DNA of 32,000 nucleotides from Candidatus Scalindua sp. (GTDB lineage Bacteria; Planctomycetota; Brocadiia; Brocadiales; Scalinduaceae): NCBI GenBank assembly GCA_031316235.1, contig JALDRA010000001.1, positions 480,001 to 512,000 of the forward strand, read 5' to 3'. Shown piece by piece: positions 30,626 to 32,000 of this stretch (position 1 is its first letter; each line of letters starts with the position of its first letter). The notes under the pieces were generated by a model. It saw only the letters and a program-made list of their open reading frames with translations, ran no database searches and was not told where the DNA came from. The position numbers and the translations under genes were made by a program.

Positions 30626-32000
30626 TTACGACTTAACAGCCACTTCAAGATCAATCACAAAATCATCGACAAGTTCAATTTCTTCATCGGAATCTAAAAT
30701 ATTCGCTGCTGTCGACCTCTCATTCAGAAAAACCTTCCACTTCCCAAATGGACTGGCATTGAAGATCAGGGATGTTCCTGCACTTTCAGGCCGATACGTC
30801 CTGCTGCGATTGCTGATCCGGCCAATTCGTATAGAAGGAATGGATGACTGATCGAGATCAACTACCCTCCCCTGTTTGTGGTAACTAAAACTTCGTTTAG
30901 GCAGATCAACACGTGTCATCCATACACCACCGGCACGACTTCCCGATATATAAGCACTTATGCCCCGCAGCCTGACATGCTTCTGATCAGGAAATGAACT
31001 CTCCGGAATCTCGAATTCCCATTGGCCAATTTTTCTCCCCTCATACCACTTTTTGTCACCAACTGCCTGTCGTATCGAGATTGAAAATGTATAATTCTGA
31101 TCAAGCAGAGAAGTATTGTCCAGCCATTGAACCGCATCATTCACCCACACGAAGCATTCGTCCAGAAGTGAATACGAGACCTCCCGGACTTCCTTCGCTG
31201 CACGAGCACCATGTAACTGCTGAGCCATAGACTCCGGCAGCTCTGTTTTATAACCATAAATAAGCCGCAAGCCTTCATAGGCCGCTTTTATTCGTGCAAG
31301 AGCCTGTCGAAAATCCCTCTCGAATTGGAGGCGAATCTGATCCATCTGATCAACGTAATTGAGAGAACCTCCCTGTTCAGTTGCCAGCCGGATCTTCAAA
31401 TCTCCTATCTCTCTGGCAGCTTGAGCTCTCCTTCTCCTGAATTCAATGTCATTTTTTGACCACTCTTTCTGTTGATTCAGTGCCGCATTTTTCTCTTTTG
31501 CAACATTTCGCTCCATATCGTTCTTATACTTCCTGGTATACAATGCATATCTTTTATTATGCATATCGTAAAAACTCTGCTCAAAAGCCGCATTTTTCGC
31601 ATGTTCCGCAAATTTACCAGGCTTAAAGTTCCAGGTAATATTTAAGGCATTATTCACATACGGTGTCTCATGACTCGGATAATAGGGCAATAGAGCAAGC
31701 AGTTGAACATTGCCAGACTGTCTGTTCATTGCATCAAGATTAAAATTTTTTTCAAGAGCAGATTCAATCAGAGCTGAAACATCATGTGAACCTTTTTTCT
31801 GTGCAGCCAGTGCGTTGAATTCGGCAACACTTTGCTTATAAGGTAACGTATAAATTCCCGCCTCTATCTCATCCTGATGAATAGCATCGTTTATAAGGTA
31901 TTCCAGGATCTCAAGGCGTAAGTTCGCAGCTTTCTCTGCTTTCTTCTGCCATTGAGACCTCTGTTTCATTGCCCGTCCCAATAAGTCTGCAGCCTCACCA
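30626..32000 (-). CDS. C-terminal >=457 codons of a large protein of unknown function; frame stays open to the window end
   Basis: The track starts it at TTG 31981, but the frame continues (..GEAADLLGRAMKQRSQ..) to nt 32000. The central part is helical and charged (FRRRRAQAAREIGDLKIRLATEQ, IRLQFERDFRQALARIKAAYEGL). The beta-rich C-terminus (QWEFEIPESSFPDQKHVRLRGISAYISG, NASPFGKWKVFLNE, VDDFVIDLEVAV) has an order of motifs that recalls the conserved C-terminal region of TcA-like toxin-complex proteins. That resemblance is an unverified impression. Confidence 0.55.
   Translation of the reverse strand, partial: GEAADLLGRAMKQRSQWQKKAEKAANLRLEILEYLINDAIHQDEIEAGIYTLPYKQSVAEFNALAAQKKGSHDVSALIESALEKNFNLDAMNRQSGNVQLLALLPYYPSHETPYVNNALNITWNFKPGKFAEHAKNAAFEQSFYDMHNKRYALYTRKYKNDMERNVAKEKNAALNQQKEWSKNDIEFRRRRAQAAREIGDLKIRLATEQGGSLNYVDQMDQIRLQFERDFRQALARIKAAYEGLRLIYGYKTELPESMAQQLHGARAAKEVREVSYSLLDECFVWVNDAVQWLDNTSLLDQNYTFSISIRQAVGDKKWYEGRKIGQWEFEIPESSFPDQKHVRLRGISAYISGSRAGGVWMTRVDLPKRSFSYHKQGRVVDLDQSSIPSIRIGRISNRSRTYRPESAGTSLIFNASPFGKWKVFLNERSTAANILDSDEEIELVDDFVIDLEVAVKS

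Overview
Bacterial chromosomal window. Two hand-counted 100-nt samples give about 38% GC at 4021-4120 and about 57% at 1-100. I can support about 31 protein-coding genes and no rRNA, tRNA or CRISPR. I cannot assign the organism from sequence alone.

Left to right:
- 5' part of glgP (-).
- An eIF-2B-like protein translationally coupled to an ArsB/NhaD-type permease (-).
- A truncated SorC-type HTH gene (-), divergent from an Lrp/AsnC regulator (+).
- A CBS-pair protein.
- A tightly packed seven-gene + strand operon (5502-14748): a SulP anion transporter carrying STAS plus an extra PII-like C-terminal domain, then six Hyf/Ech-type genes (group 4 NiFe-hydrogenase / complex I-like).
- A tandem LPS-kinase-domain protein overlapping a GT2 glycosyltransferase.
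- Agmatinase, a small conserved protein (-), a di-haem cytochrome c peroxidase, a PP2C phosphatase, and glnS (-).
- A ~3.1 kb accessory islet (vapBC, pseudo-receiver, ydhR, VOC protein, GNAT pseudogene) with integron attC-like core heptamers.
- A LysM lipoprotein, an RmlD-like SDR (-), a small membrane protein (-), and the 3' part of a large protein (-) that runs off the window.

A family of TA-flanked, palindrome-rich MITE-like repeats is scattered through the intergenic regions: 5 bounded copies plus fragments.

The most interesting signal is the Hyf-like complex. By hand alignment it has lost all four NiFe cysteine ligands in the large subunit and three of the four FeS cysteines in the small subunit. 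It has no ferredoxin-type subunits or maturation genes nearby, but keeps the conserved charged residues of the antiporter-like subunits. It is co-operonic with the SulP-STAS-PII transporter. I read this as a redox-dead, ion-translocating 'Ehr-type' module, possibly energising or regulating anion (perhaps inorganic carbon) transport. All motif calls are hand alignments from memory of family consensus and need computational confirmation.
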